Source of the DNA: a virus
Taxonomy: Duplodnaviria > Caudoviricetes
DNA length: 64,000 nucleotides
Direction: 5' to 3' (one strand)
IMG/VR virus record: IMGVR_UViG_2939311655_000001
Location: 24,577 to 88,576 of that record
This document shows, in pieces, positions 26,944 through 35,894 of the stretch. The notes below the pieces were generated by a model that made no database searches, was not told the origin of the DNA, and saw nothing but the letters and a program-made list of their open reading frames with translations. Positions within the stretch are counted from its first letter, which is position 1. Every line of letters begins with the position of its first letter. Both the position numbers and the translations under genes were made by a program.

Positions 26944-27720
26944 CTACGCTTCGGCGGGTTGGTTGGCGCGGTGCTTGCCGGTGCCCAGGCAGATCGGGCA
27001 GACGGTCGTGGTGTGGACGCTGTTCCGGGCGGAGTAGAGGGCACCCTTGCCGCCGCAGCAGAAACAGACGCCGCGGTTCTCGGCGGCCTTCTGGCCGAGC
27101 GGGGTGTTCTGGGCCTCCCACTCCTCGTCGGTCATCGACGACGTGGTGTCGGTCTTGGTGACGGGCTCGGCCTGGGTGACGGGCTTCGCTTCGGCTTCGG
27201 CGGCTTGCCCGTACCAGGCGCCGCCGACGGATTTGCCGTGCTTCTTCTTCTCGTGCTCGCGCAGGGCCTTCGTGGCCTCCTTGGCGTCCCTGAACTTGGG
27301 CTTCTCCTTCTTGCCGCAGGGGCAGGTCCAGCCGACGAGCCCGGTCCGTTTGTCGGGGCTGAACCGGGCGGCCACGGCGACCTTGAACCGGCCGGCCTTC
27401 GCCTTCGTCGGCTTGGCCGGGCAGGGCTTCGAGCCGGTGAATGAGCCGTCCTTGCCCTTGGTGAAGAGCTGCCCGTTGCCCTTACAGGTGGTGCAGCCTT
27501 CGTGGGTGAGGCGGAGGATCGCGGCGTCCTTGCGGGACATGACGACGGTCTTACGGGCATCCATCTGCGACGCGGCCTGGAGAGCCAGCCACATACCCAT
27601 CCGGGCGTGAATCGGGACGGTCTTGGGGACTTTGAGGCCTTTGCCGACTCGGGCGCGCGGGACGGTCTTCCGGCGGCGGGCGGCCGTGGCTTTGCGGGCG
27701 GTCGTCGTCTTCGCGGGCAT
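26944..27720 (-). CDS. Basic zinc-finger protein with DnaJ-type CxxCxGxG motifs
   Basis: CTTCKGNG, WTCPCG...H, CFCCGGKG, CPICLGTG; Lys/Arg-rich. Confidence 0.7.
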   Translation of the reverse strand: MPAKTTTARKATAARRRKTVPRARVGKGLKVPKTVPIHARMGMWLALQAASQMDARKTVVMSRKDAAILRLTHEGCTTCKGNGQLFTKGKDGSFTGSKPCPAKPTKAKAGRFKVAVAARFSPDKRTGLVGWTCPCGKKEKPKFRDAKEATKALREHEKKKHGKSVGGAWYGQAAEAEAKPVTQAEPVTKTDTTSSMTDEEWEAQNTPLGQKAAENRGVCFCCGGKGALYSARNSVHTTTVCPICLGTGKHRANQPAEA

Positions 27721-27768
27721 GATCGGCGGGTCCTCTCGTCTGAACTGCACATATATGGATCAATAGGG

Positions 27769-27905
27769 CGGCAGGCACCCGGCGGGACCCCGGCGCTAGC
27801 CCGGCGGATGCCCGGCGACCTGCGGTGATGCAAGCGGGTCCCGCCGGGTGTCTGCCGGGTCTACGCCGCCCTCTTGCCGAGGTTCTGCCGGGTCTCCGCC
27901 GGGTC
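27769..27905. repeat. clt-like locus: 8-bp TraB-recognition-type repeats at 11-bp spacing plus 22-bp inverted repeat
   Basis: GACCCGGC on the minus strand at 27854, 27887, 27898, with variants at 27843, 27865, 27876. NNCCCGGC on the plus strand at 27776, 27787, 27798, 27809. Inverted repeat 27769-27790/27836-27857 with 1 mismatch. Confidence 0.7.
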
Positions 27906-29969
27906 GAGAAGGCCAGCGGCGGCCTTCTCGACGTCGTCTCGGCGCCACCCTCGGAGGTAGGCCCCCTCGGGGCAGTCCGTGCGGTCGGACTTGACCCCGG
28001 GGGCGTGCTTGCGGAGCTTCGTCGACAGGCTCGTCGCGTCCACGCCCTGAATGCCCGCGTCCGCGATGGCGGGGAGCAGCACCTCGTTGGTGGGCAGGAA
28101 GTCGCGCCCCGTCTCGTCGAACGCGCGCATAAGGGCGGCCACGAGGTAGGCATCGTCCACGCCGCCCTGCTGGGCGAAGGCGTCGAGCCGGTCGGCTAGG
28201 TTCACCCGCTGGCCACTGGCAGCGAGAGCGACTCCGGCCTTGAGGAGGGTCTCGGAGTCCATGGTGGTGATGCCGGCGGCGACGCGCGCGGGGACTGCCC
28301 CGGCGATCTGGTCGCGGGTGTACTTGGCGAACTGGTAGCGGATCGCCCGGTTGAACGGCCCGCCCATGATCATGGCTTGGCCTGCATCGTTCGCAACGGG
28401 GCCGACTGCGGGTTTCATGCGATCGGGGCGCCATCCTTCCTTTCCGGCCCCAGGACCAAAGGCGATCTTGACGTCTTCGAAGCGGCAGGCCATGAGGAGT
28501 CGGTAGGCAATGATCATCGCGACGGCGTCGCCGAGGGCATCAGCGGTCGCCTCCTGTCCGGCCATGATCAAGTAGATGCCGTACTGGCGACCGGTCCGCA
28601 AGATCTTGACCGCCAGCTCCTTACCCTTGGGGCTGAGCTGAATGAACTCGTCGATGTTGATGTACAGGTTGGGGTGCTTCGCAGTGGCGTGCCACCGGTC
28701 GCCCATCTTCAGGCTGTCCATGAGGTTGCGGCGGGCGGACACGTAGGAGAGGGCCTCTTCAAGGGCCGCCTCGCACTCCTCGGGCGTTCGAGCCCGGCGG
28801 GACATGAGATCCCCAAACTCGGACAGCCCGCCCTTGATGGGGTCAAGGTCCCAGACCGTGGCGTCCCGGCAGGCGGTCAACGCCTCGTTGATCGCCCGCA
28901 GCGCACCCAGCGTCTTCCCGGCACCCATCGCCCCGATGATCAGGGCACAGAACCCGTCCAGGGTGATCTCGAACGGCGACCCGTCCATGGTCCGCCCCAT
29001 AGCGACCACGTCGTGCACCGACAGGGACCGCGGCGCGTGAACCGCCGGGGTCGGCATGTCGGCGAACGGGTTGGACTGAACCAGGCGGGCGGTGATTCGG
29101 GACTTATCCGTCGTGTCGGGCTCCATCATGAACCCGCCGTCAGGCAGCCCGAGGTCGGACTCCAAGTCGTCCGCCACAGCCATGACCTTGCCGGGAGTGG
29201 ATCCCTTCAGGGTGACGTCGAGCTCCCACCCCCACCCCTTCGCGCCAACGATGGTGATCGCCCGGGTACCGATCCCCTGAGCGGCCAGGGCGCGGGACAC
29301 GCATTCGATGACCTGCTCGCCGCCGACGCAGTACGACAGGGGGAACGGGTCGTCGGAGTCGAGGGCGTCCTGCTCGGCCACGACCTGGTCGGCCTCGATG
29401 CCGGGCGCGTTGAGCCGGTACCGCCCGTACAGGGCGGTGGCGGTGGCGGCAAGCAGCCCGGTCGTGGTGGGGGGTACAGCCCAGGAGTAGTCGAGGGCGG
29501 TCATTTCGGCACCGGCGACGAGCGCCCACCAGCCGGCCAGGTTGAGGGCGGCGGTGGTGATGGCGGAGTAGCCGAGGAACTTCCACCGGGAGTGGCGTTC
29601 CCGCTTGACGTAGTTCAGGTCCGCCTTCGAAGTGACACCGCCGATGTACTCCATGGTGTCGCGGCCGCGCACGTACCGGTATCCGAGGTAGCTCCCGGCT
29701 TTGAGCCCTGCCCAGAACCAGCCGCCGGCGACCACGGATCCGTAGGCGGTGAGTCCGACGGCCCGGCCGGTGACGGAGGCGACGACCATGGCCGCGGAAC
29801 GGGTGTGTCGGATCACGGGGCGGCGGTCCGGGAACGGGAGGAGAACACCGGGGGCAATGTCGTCGTCGCCGTCCACGGCGGTCGGCTCGGCCGGGTGGAT
29901 TACCTGCCCGGGGATGACCTTCTCGAAGCCGTGCGGGTTCGCCGCCTCGGTGGCGTAGTCGGTACTCAC
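27861..29969 (-). CDS. traB: TraB-like FtsK/SpoIIIE conjugative DNA translocase
   Basis: N-terminal transmembrane segments, Walker A GAMGAGKT, Walker B YINIDEF, GRQYGI...AGQ and C-terminal winged helix; clt-like repeats at its 3' end. Confidence 0.85.
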   Translation of the reverse strand: MSTDYATEAANPHGFEKVIPGQVIHPAEPTAVDGDDDIAPGVLLPFPDRRPVIRHTRSAAMVVASVTGRAVGLTAYGSVVAGGWFWAGLKAGSYLGYRYVRGRDTMEYIGGVTSKADLNYVKRERHSRWKFLGYSAITTAALNLAGWWALVAGAEMTALDYSWAVPPTTTGLLAATATALYGRYRLNAPGIEADQVVAEQDALDSDDPFPLSYCVGGEQVIECVSRALAAQGIGTRAITIVGAKGWGWELDVTLKGSTPGKVMAVADDLESDLGLPDGGFMMEPDTTDKSRITARLVQSNPFADMPTPAVHAPRSLSVHDVVAMGRTMDGSPFEITLDGFCALIIGAMGAGKTLGALRAINEALTACRDATVWDLDPIKGGLSEFGDLMSRRARTPEECEAALEEALSYVSARRNLMDSLKMGDRWHATAKHPNLYINIDEFIQLSPKGKELAVKILRTGRQYGIYLIMAGQEATADALGDAVAMIIAYRLLMACRFEDVKIAFGPGAGKEGWRPDRMKPAVGPVANDAGQAMIMGGPFNRAIRYQFAKYTRDQIAGAVPARVAAGITTMDSETLLKAGVALAASGQRVNLADRLDAFAQQGGVDDAYLVAALMRAFDETGRDFLPTNEVLLPAIADAGIQGVDATSLSTKLRKHAPGVKSDRTDCPEGAYLRGWRRDDVEKAAAGLLDPAETRQNLGKRAA

Positions 29970-29993
29970 GGGAGTGTTCCTTTCGTGCGACGG

Positions 29994-31343
29994 CTAGTCG
30001 GCGGACAGCTCGGTCTTGACGGCGTCGCGAAGGCGGACGGCGTATTCGTTGGACCCGCCGCCGATGACTTCTCGGACCTTGCGGGCGGACAGGCGGTCGA
30101 TGTCGCCGAGGGCTTCGGCGAGTTTGCGGACCGCTGCGAGGTGGGTTGCTTCGAGGGGGCGCAGCGGTGTCTTTCCGGAGGTGCGGCCAGATGCCTGCTT
30201 CCCTTTACGCCCAAGGGGTCCAGGCCCCTTGGAGGCGTCCGGGCGGCGAGCCTTCGACCCTCCCCCCGCACCACCCTTCGGGCCGCCCTCTGGAGGCGCC
30301 TGGGACGGCCCGGCGTCGCCGCCGTCGGGGCGGAAGATTTCAGCGAGGAGCCGATCCACCGCTTCGCTCTCCGGGCTGCGATCGACGTCCGACAGGACCG
30401 CGTTGATTGCTGCGCGCGCATCCTCCCGGCCGGCCAGCGTGTCGGCCGTGGTGGCGAGCGGAAGGAGGTGGAGGTTGTCCCACGCCTGCTGCCACGCAGC
30501 CTCACGGGTGATGGCCCCGGTGGGGTGCGCAACGATGATCCGCTCGTACTCGGCGAACTCCAGCGGGAGAAGCTTCCGGCGGCGCTTGTCCTCCGCGTCA
30601 TGAACCTTCTTCTGTGCCCGCCCCGCCTTGGCGGCCTTCTTCGCTGCCGCCTTCTCGGCGGCCCGCTGCTCCACACTTCGGGTGTCTGCTGCGGCGCGGC
30701 CCTCCAGGAAGTCCCGCACCTCGGCAAGCACCGGACCGATCACCGATGTTGCGGCGAGCGCCACGCCAGCGACGATCCCGTACTCGTCGACGCCGTGCGC
30801 CAGGTTGATGTACCCGGCGATCGAGGCGAGAGCGGCGGTGAGAATCCAGAACGGCCACCGCGGCAAACCCTTGCGGTGCGCCCACCTGGTGCCAAGCACG
30901 CCGACCCAGGCCAACAGCTCCAGGAAGAACGGGATCGGGCCGAGAAGCCATGCCCTGCCCGGGTCCTCCTCGCCCTTCTTGTGCAGGCCGAGGAAGTACG
31001 ACAGCTGGGCGGGGAGTGCGGCCAGAAGTCCGAGGACGACAGCCACGTTGACGAGCCGCTTGAATCCGGCGCCATTGTCCGCGCTGGCTTCGCGGCGCCG
31101 CTGCTTCAGTTCGGCCTGCTCGTCCTTCGCGGACTCCTTGACCGCGTCGAGCTTCTTCTTGAGACCGGCCTGCTTGACCTGTTCGGCCAGGAGGTCGGTG
31201 GCGGTCTTAGCTGCGCCGGCTTCTGCTGCCTGGGCGCTGACTGAGCGGGCGGCGTCGGCTTCGGCGGCGATCCGTGCCGCTTCGGCACGGGTCTTGGCGG
31301 CCGCGGCCTCACGCTCCTCCCAGGAACGGTAGTCGGCACTCAT
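29994..31343 (-). CDS. SpdB2/DUF2637-like membrane protein
   Basis: N-terminal coiled coil, four hydrophobic helices, low-complexity linker and C-terminal HTH-like LSARKVREVIGGGS; immediately upstream of traB. Confidence 0.7.
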   Translation of the reverse strand: MSADYRSWEEREAAAAKTRAEAARIAAEADAARSVSAQAAEAGAAKTATDLLAEQVKQAGLKKKLDAVKESAKDEQAELKQRRREASADNGAGFKRLVNVAVVLGLLAALPAQLSYFLGLHKKGEEDPGRAWLLGPIPFFLELLAWVGVLGTRWAHRKGLPRWPFWILTAALASIAGYINLAHGVDEYGIVAGVALAATSVIGPVLAEVRDFLEGRAAADTRSVEQRAAEKAAAKKAAKAGRAQKKVHDAEDKRRRKLLPLEFAEYERIIVAHPTGAITREAAWQQAWDNLHLLPLATTADTLAGREDARAAINAVLSDVDRSPESEAVDRLLAEIFRPDGGDAGPSQAPPEGGPKGGAGGGSKARRPDASKGPGPLGRKGKQASGRTSGKTPLRPLEATHLAAVRKLAEALGDIDRLSARKVREVIGGGSNEYAVRLRDAVKTELSAD

Positions 31344-31376
31344 GGGGTGTCCTTCCGGGACGGTGGGGGCGGTGGG

Positions 31377-31619
31377 TTAGGCGTTGGTGTCGGCGTCGAT
31401 TCGCCGGTTGCCCGTCGCGACGAGGGCGGAGTTGAGGTATTCGAGGGCGTCGGCCTCGTCGATTCGGAGCCGGCTGCGGCCGAAGATGAGCGCTGCGAGA
31501 TCGGCTGGCTCAACCTTGAGCTGCCCGGTGCTGGGGTCCCTGTCGGCTCGGGCGATGAGGTGGCAGGCCGCCCTCATGGCCGCGTTGTGGCGGTGTCGGG
31601 TGCGGATCTGCTTCAACAT
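31377..31619 (-). CDS. Hypothetical protein (transfer operon)
   Basis: MLKQIRTRHRHNAAMRAACHLIA..., 80 aa. Confidence 0.55.
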   Translation of the reverse strand: MLKQIRTRHRHNAAMRAACHLIARADRDPSTGQLKVEPADLAALIFGRSRLRIDEADALEYLNSALVATGNRRIDADTNA

Positions 31620-31635
31620 GGCGTGTCCATTCGGG

Positions 31636-32043
31636 TCAGGCGTGGGTGGGCTGGTTGTTGCGAAGCCAGGTTTCGACGTCGAGGGCGAGTCCGCCGTCGT
31701 CGTCCGGGTCATCGGGGTCTGCCTCGTCGTCGCCGTCGTCGGGGGCGCCGCCGCAGCACTGGCACTCGGCACCGGGCCAGATCCGCCCCGACTCCCACAG
31801 GCCGTGGGCGAGGGAGCCGACCAGGTCGAGGACCCAGCTCGGGCCGGCGAGGATCAGGGCCGGAGTCAGGGAGCCGGCGCCGAAGCCGGGGGCACCAGTG
31901 ACTGCGAGCGCCGCGATGAGAGCAATGAATCCGGCGGCCCGCCACTGGTGGTGGCTGCGGTTGAGCAGCGTCTCGCGCGGGTGACGGGCAAGGTCGGACC
32001 AGAGGCGGATCAGGTCGGCTACGGGTCGAGGCAGGCGCTTCAT
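31636..32043 (-). CDS. Membrane protein (transfer operon)
   Basis: Hydrophobic stretch, CQCC motif, acidic tail. Confidence 0.6.
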   Translation of the reverse strand: MKRLPRPVADLIRLWSDLARHPRETLLNRSHHQWRAAGFIALIAALAVTGAPGFGAGSLTPALILAGPSWVLDLVGSLAHGLWESGRIWPGAECQCCGGAPDDGDDEADPDDPDDDGGLALDVETWLRNNQPTHA

Positions 32044-32348
32044 CGGTGGCTCCCGGCGGTTGCGGTACGGCGTGCGCGGTGAAATTCGGCGACGAACTCG
32101 TCGGTGAGGCCGGATCCGACCGCCGCCCCGAACGGGGGAAGGCCTGTGTGCTGGGAGGCCCACAGTTCGAGCCAGGCGGCCCGGGTCGCCGCGTAGTTGA
32201 TGAGCGGCCGGGCACAGCGAACGATCAAAACTGCTGCGCCCAGCACGGTCATGACGGTCAGGGCGAGGATCCGCAGCACGCACACCCGCACACAGACAGC
32301 GGTGCGCCGGATACGGCCCGGCTTCGCAGTGATCAAGTACGGGTGCAC
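32040..32348 (-). CDS. Membrane protein (transfer operon)
   Basis: Long hydrophobic helix VCVLRILALTVMTVLGAAVLIV; AGGAG RBS. Confidence 0.6.
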   Translation of the reverse strand: MHPYLITAKPGRIRRTAVCVRVCVLRILALTVMTVLGAAVLIVRCARPLINYAATRAAWLELWASQHTGLPPFGAAVGSGLTDEFVAEFHRARRTATAGSHR

Positions 32349-32374
32349 GGTGCGACTCCTCTCGGGTTGACCGG

Positions 32375-32557
32375 TCAGCGGTTGCGGCGTGCGGCCTTTG
32401 CGGCCTTTGCGGCCTTCTTCGTGGTGACGACCCGATCGTGGGAGTCGAGGTACTCGGCACTGCCGGGGTCGGTGCTGTCGTTGTTGAACCGGGCGTTGTG
32501 CTGGGCCTGGGCCGCCTTCGCGGCGACGGCCTCGGGGCTGCGGTTACGTCCGAACAT
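32375..32557 (-). CDS. Small hypothetical protein
   Basis: MFGRNRSPEA..., GAGGAG RBS. Confidence 0.5.
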   Translation of the reverse strand: MFGRNRSPEAVAAKAAQAQHNARFNNDSTDPGSAEYLDSHDRVVTTKKAAKAAKAARRNR

Positions 32558-32586
32558 GGGGATCTCCTCGAAATTGGGTGATGGGG

Positions 32587-32967
32587 CTATCGGTTGACGA
32601 CCGGCAGGTGGAGGTCGCGGTGCTGAACGGTGACGGTGTGTCCGTCGGTGGTGAGCTGGTCGGCGAGGGCCTGAGCGAACGTTGGTGCCCGGTGTCTGCC
32701 GCCAGCGCATCCGTCGGCGATGGCGATGGGCCCGGCACTGGGGCCAGCGGCGAACGCGTTCACAGCGGCAGCGGTTGCCGCGACCAGGTCGGTGATGCCC
32801 GGCGTCGCGAGCACCGCGGCTCGGACAGGTTCGTCGTTCGCGGTCATGTGCCTGAGTTCCGGGCTGACGTGCGGGTCCCGGAAGTGGTGGCGAAGATCGA
32901 TGACCAGGTGAGCGGCAGGCGGGGTGTTGTGGAGATAGCCGAACGAGGTGATCTCGACCTGGGCCAT
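32587..32967 (-). CDS. RapZ (YvcJ/YhbJ) C-terminal-like domain protein
   Basis: ITSFGY.H...P.A..V.DLR...RDP......R.MT..D..V...V and IA.GCAGGRHRA...V.HRDL. Confidence 0.8.
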   Translation of the reverse strand: MAQVEITSFGYLHNTPPAAHLVIDLRHHFRDPHVSPELRHMTANDEPVRAAVLATPGITDLVAATAAAVNAFAAGPSAGPIAIADGCAGGRHRAPTFAQALADQLTTDGHTVTVQHRDLHLPVVNR

Positions 32968-32998
32968 CGCGGTGTGTCCTTCCGGGGTATCGAGTGGG

Positions 32999-33211
32999 TC
33001 AGGCGTGGCTGGGGGTCCAGGTGCCGTTGTCGAGGTCGTTGAGCTCGTCGATTGCCTCGTCTGCGGCCTGTCGCATGTTCTCGGCGAGCCGGTGCTGGCC
33101 GGCGGCCTGGAGGTCGCGCTGGGCGGTGCGGGAGTTCGTGATGTCGGCCTTGATCTCGGCGCGGGTCTGCTCGGCCGACTGGCTCTTGAAGAAGTGACGG
33201 GCGCTTGCCAT
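32999..33211 (-). CDS. Small hypothetical protein
   Basis: MASARHFFKSQ... helical 70 aa; GAGGAG RBS. Confidence 0.55.
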   Translation of the reverse strand: MASARHFFKSQSAEQTRAEIKADITNSRTAQRDLQAAGQHRLAENMRQAADEAIDELNDLDNGTWTPSHA

Positions 33212-33297
33212 GGGACGCTCCTCGGTTCGGGCTCCTGTTGGTCCGGGCCTCGCCACCGCCACCAGCAGGTTGCTGGCAACGATGGGGCGGGCCGGGG

Positions 33298-33600
33298 TCA
33301 GGCGGCGGCGAACAGGTTGAGGGCGTCGAGGGTGTCGAGCTCGTCGACGAGGCGCGGCCCGAACGGCTGGGCGGCGTCCGCCTCCGCGGCCAGCTCCCGC
33401 AGCCACACCTGGATCCGGTAGTCATCGCGGGCGGCGACGTACCGGGTGACGATCTCCGCCGGGGCGATGCCCTCCGCCTCCTGGTGGGCGAGGTCGATGT
33501 CGGCGATGAGGATGTCCCGGCCGGTGCTGCGGATCGTCGCGGAGATCGTGGCGAGGTCACCGGAGAACAGGGACGTGACGTTGGAGACGAACGGAGACAT
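33298..33600 (-). CDS. Hypothetical protein
   Basis: MSPFVSNVTSLFSGDL..., 100 aa. Confidence 0.55.
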   Translation of the reverse strand: MSPFVSNVTSLFSGDLATISATIRSTGRDILIADIDLAHQEAEGIAPAEIVTRYVAARDDYRIQVWLRELAAEADAAQPFGPRLVDELDTLDALNLFAAA

Positions 33601-33847
33601 GGGGGTACCTATCTGTGAGTAAGGGGGTGAAGCGGAGGGGTGGAAAGCCGCGGTCACGGGGGCTACGGGGGAATGGGCTCCCCGTGACCGCGGCGGTCTG
33701 TGGGTTAGCGGCGGGTGCGGGCCTGCTGCCGGGCGGCAGCGGCGCGCACGTCGACGCCGTTCTCGTAGTCGCGTCGGCACGCCGCAGGGGTGGCCGGCTC
33801 GGCGACGATGGGGTTCTCGCGGGGGGTGGTCGGCTTCGCATCCATGG

Positions 33848-34069
33848 CTACCAGTCCCCGAAGGTGCAGACGGGGCCGCACTCGCCGCGGGCGTGAGAGC
33901 TGCCGGGGGCAAAGTGGGCGTTGATGCTGTCCCGGCGCTGCTCGTCCAGGCGAACGTCGTTCCGGATGTTCCAGCTGACAGGTGTCGCGCCGGCCTTGAG
34001 CTCGTCACAACGTGGGCAGCCGTCGACCTTCTTGCCGAAGTTCGGCTTGTGCGAGTGCCTGGTAGCCAC
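33848..34069 (-). CDS. Small zinc-binding protein
   Basis: H..KPNFGKKVDGCPRCDEL...H.....CGPVCTFGDW. Confidence 0.6.
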   Translation of the reverse strand: MATRHSHKPNFGKKVDGCPRCDELKAGATPVSWNIRNDVRLDEQRRDSINAHFAPGSSHARGECGPVCTFGDW

Positions 34070-34071
34070 GG

Positions 34072-34251
34072 TCACCACTCCCAGTCGGGCTGCTCGGCGT
34101 GCGCGGCAGCCTCTTCGAACGCGGTCCGGATGCTCACCCGGTACAGCGGCAGCGACTCCCAGTTCGGATTGGACGCGACCTGCGCCGCCACGAAACCGAC
34201 CAGCTTCTCGGCGCGGCGCTCCTCCTTCAGAGCAAGCGCCTGGGCGATCAC
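34072..34251 (-). CDS. Small hypothetical protein
   Basis: GTGA-coupled 59 aa ORF. Confidence 0.45.
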   Translation of the reverse strand: MIAQALALKEERRAEKLVGFVAAQVASNPNWESLPLYRVSIRTAFEEAAAHAEQPDWEW

Positions 34252-34478
34252 CGGACACTCCCGGCGGTCAGCCGGTCGAGCTCGGCCTGCGCCTCGGCCA
34301 GCCGATCGACGTCGGCCGGCGTCATCGAGCGGGCGTCCTTGCCGGACAGCTCGACGATGGTCTCCTGGCAGATCCGGGTGCGGACCGCGGTACGGCTGGT
34401 GCGGATGTAGGAGCCGGCCTCGTGGGCGGCGGTGTCGGCCGGAGTGAGCGTGGACGCCGGGGCGATCGAGGGGGTCAT
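34248..34478 (-). CDS. Small hypothetical protein
   Basis: ATGA-coupled 76 aa ORF. Confidence 0.55.
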   Translation of the reverse strand: MTPSIAPASTLTPADTAAHEAGSYIRTSRTAVRTRICQETIVELSGKDARSMTPADVDRLAEAQAELDRLTAGSVR

Positions 34479-34720
34479 GCCGCCACCTCGCTCGGGGTGA
34501 TGACCGAGCCGGACAGGTAGGCGACGACCGCGGACTCCGGGACCCGCAGACCGCGGGGGCGGATCTTGCCGGTTCCGTGCCGGTGACTCCGGAGGTCACC
34601 GCTGCGAACGAGGCGGTAAACGGCGGTCAGCGAGACATTCAGGGTCTCCGCGACCTCGGCCGCAGTGAGCCGCCTCTCGGTCTTCAGTTCCAGGGCCGGG
34701 GCGGGGGCGGTGTCACTCAT
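34475..34720 (-). CDS. Excisionase-like HTH protein
   Basis: LTAAEVAETLNVSLTAVYRLVRSGDL.S.R.G......RVPESAV..YL. Confidence 0.85.
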   Translation of the reverse strand: MSDTAPAPALELKTERRLTAAEVAETLNVSLTAVYRLVRSGDLRSHRHGTGKIRPRGLRVPESAVVAYLSGSVITPSEVAA

Positions 34721-34764
34721 CGTTCTCCTTCCAGGCATGAGAGGTCTGTAGGCCCCGGATCCGG

Positions 34765-34828
34765 AACCTGTCTAGGACCAGTAGAGCAGCTTAGGCAGCT
34801 CTGAGCAAGCACTGGTCCTAGACAGGTT
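34765..34828. promoter_or_regulatory. 18-bp perfect inverted repeat carrying GntR/HutC-type operators
   Basis: AACCTGTCTAGGACCAGT at 34765-34782 and ACTGGTCCTAGACAGGTT at 34811-34828, upstream of the transfer operon. Confidence 0.75.
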
Positions 34829-34838
34829 GTGGCGCCAC

Positions 34839-34867
34839 AAGAAAGCCCCCGGCGATCAGCCGGGGGC
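34839..34867 (-). terminator. Intrinsic terminator after the GntR gene
   Basis: GCCCCCGGC/GCCGGGGGC stem followed by TTTCTT on the minus strand. Confidence 0.7.
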
Positions 34868-34887
34868 CTGTCAGGGAAGTGCGCAGC

Positions 34888-35640
34888 TCAGGAGGGGAAC
34901 GTGTACACCAGGCGGTAGCTATCCGCGTCAAGCATCATCTCGTTGACCTCAACAGGTCGGTCCTCGGCGTCATAGGCGGTGCGAACAATCAGGATCACTG
35001 GAGTGCTCATCGTGATCCCGAGCGTCTTCGACTCACTCGGAAGCGGGAGTCGAACCTTGATCTCCTCGCGGTAGCGCGCCGGCCCGTGCCCGATCTCATC
35101 GAGTCGCGCATAGACGCCGCCCGGGCCAGTATTCGGCTCGGTGATCGCCGTGCCATCAGCCAGATCTGCGGGGTACCAGGCGGTCGACTGCTGCACCGGC
35201 CGCCTCTCGGCCTGGTAAACCCTGCTTCGACGCCAGACCTTCTGCCCCTTAACGCCCAGCGTGCCAGCGATGCCGTCCGGCGCGTCGACCTTGTCGATCT
35301 CAACATTCTCCTGGCGGTCCCTGCCATGGAGGTCGGAGTCCCAGACGGCTCGCCCTGCACCCCAATGCTTGCGAGACAACCGCTCTACAGCATCGCGGCC
35401 GATGCGGGAGAATGTGCGAAGGAAGACACCAGATCCGCCGCGGGACTCGATGAGGTCTTCGCCGCGCAGTATCTGCAACGCGTCCCGCACGGTGTTCCTT
35501 GCGGTGTCGAACTCTTCCGTCAGCGCGCGCTCGCTGGGCAGCTTGCCAGTGGCCGCGTAATCGCCAGCCTCGATCCGCGCGCGCAACTCATCCGCGATCT
35601 CGACGTAGCGCGGCTTCTTGCTCTGCGCTGGATCCTTCAA
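34888..35640 (-). CDS. GntR/HutC-family repressor with UTRA domain (KorSA-like)
   Basis: PRYVEIADELRARI..G......LPSE..L...F..ARNTVRDAL..L..E.LI....G.GVF and a UTRA C-terminus (RTAYD....PVE). Confidence 0.92.
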   Translation of the reverse strand: MKDPAQSKKPRYVEIADELRARIEAGDYAATGKLPSERALTEEFDTARNTVRDALQILRGEDLIESRGGSGVFLRTFSRIGRDAVERLSRKHWGAGRAVWDSDLHGRDRQENVEIDKVDAPDGIAGTLGVKGQKVWRRSRVYQAERRPVQQSTAWYPADLADGTAITEPNTGPGGVYARLDEIGHGPARYREEIKVRLPLPSESKTLGITMSTPVILIVRTAYDAEDRPVEVNEMMLDADSYRLVYTFPS

Positions 35641-35739
35641 GGCGTTCCTCCTCAGGTGGTTGGTGAATCAAATGTACCGGTCTACCTGGCGAGATCCCCT
35701 TGACCTGTACCGCCTGGCAGCAGTGACAACTCAGACCGC

Positions 35740-35781
35740 TTGACATTGGTCCTATACCAATGAACGATGTGGTCTATAGCC
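35740..35781 (+). promoter_or_regulatory. Putative sigma70-type promoter overlapped by a GntR-type operator
   Basis: TTGACA (35740)-N17-AACGAT, with palindrome ATTGGTCCTATACCAAT at 35745-35761. Confidence 0.55.
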
Positions 35782-35894
35782 AACCGAACGGATGGACGTT
35801 CATGGTCACAGCCAGGTCCGAGCGCACCGCGCTCTATCGCCAGCACGAGACCGACTACCAACCCGCAGGCAGCTCCAGAGGTGAGAGCCCTCCC

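Noticed and set aside
28377-31244. 955-aa plus-strand ORF, and similar long ORFs at 4355..6334, 53434..55329 and 62384..63850
   Set aside because: Antisense shadows of well-supported genes. High GC suppresses stop codons and the translations show no motifs.
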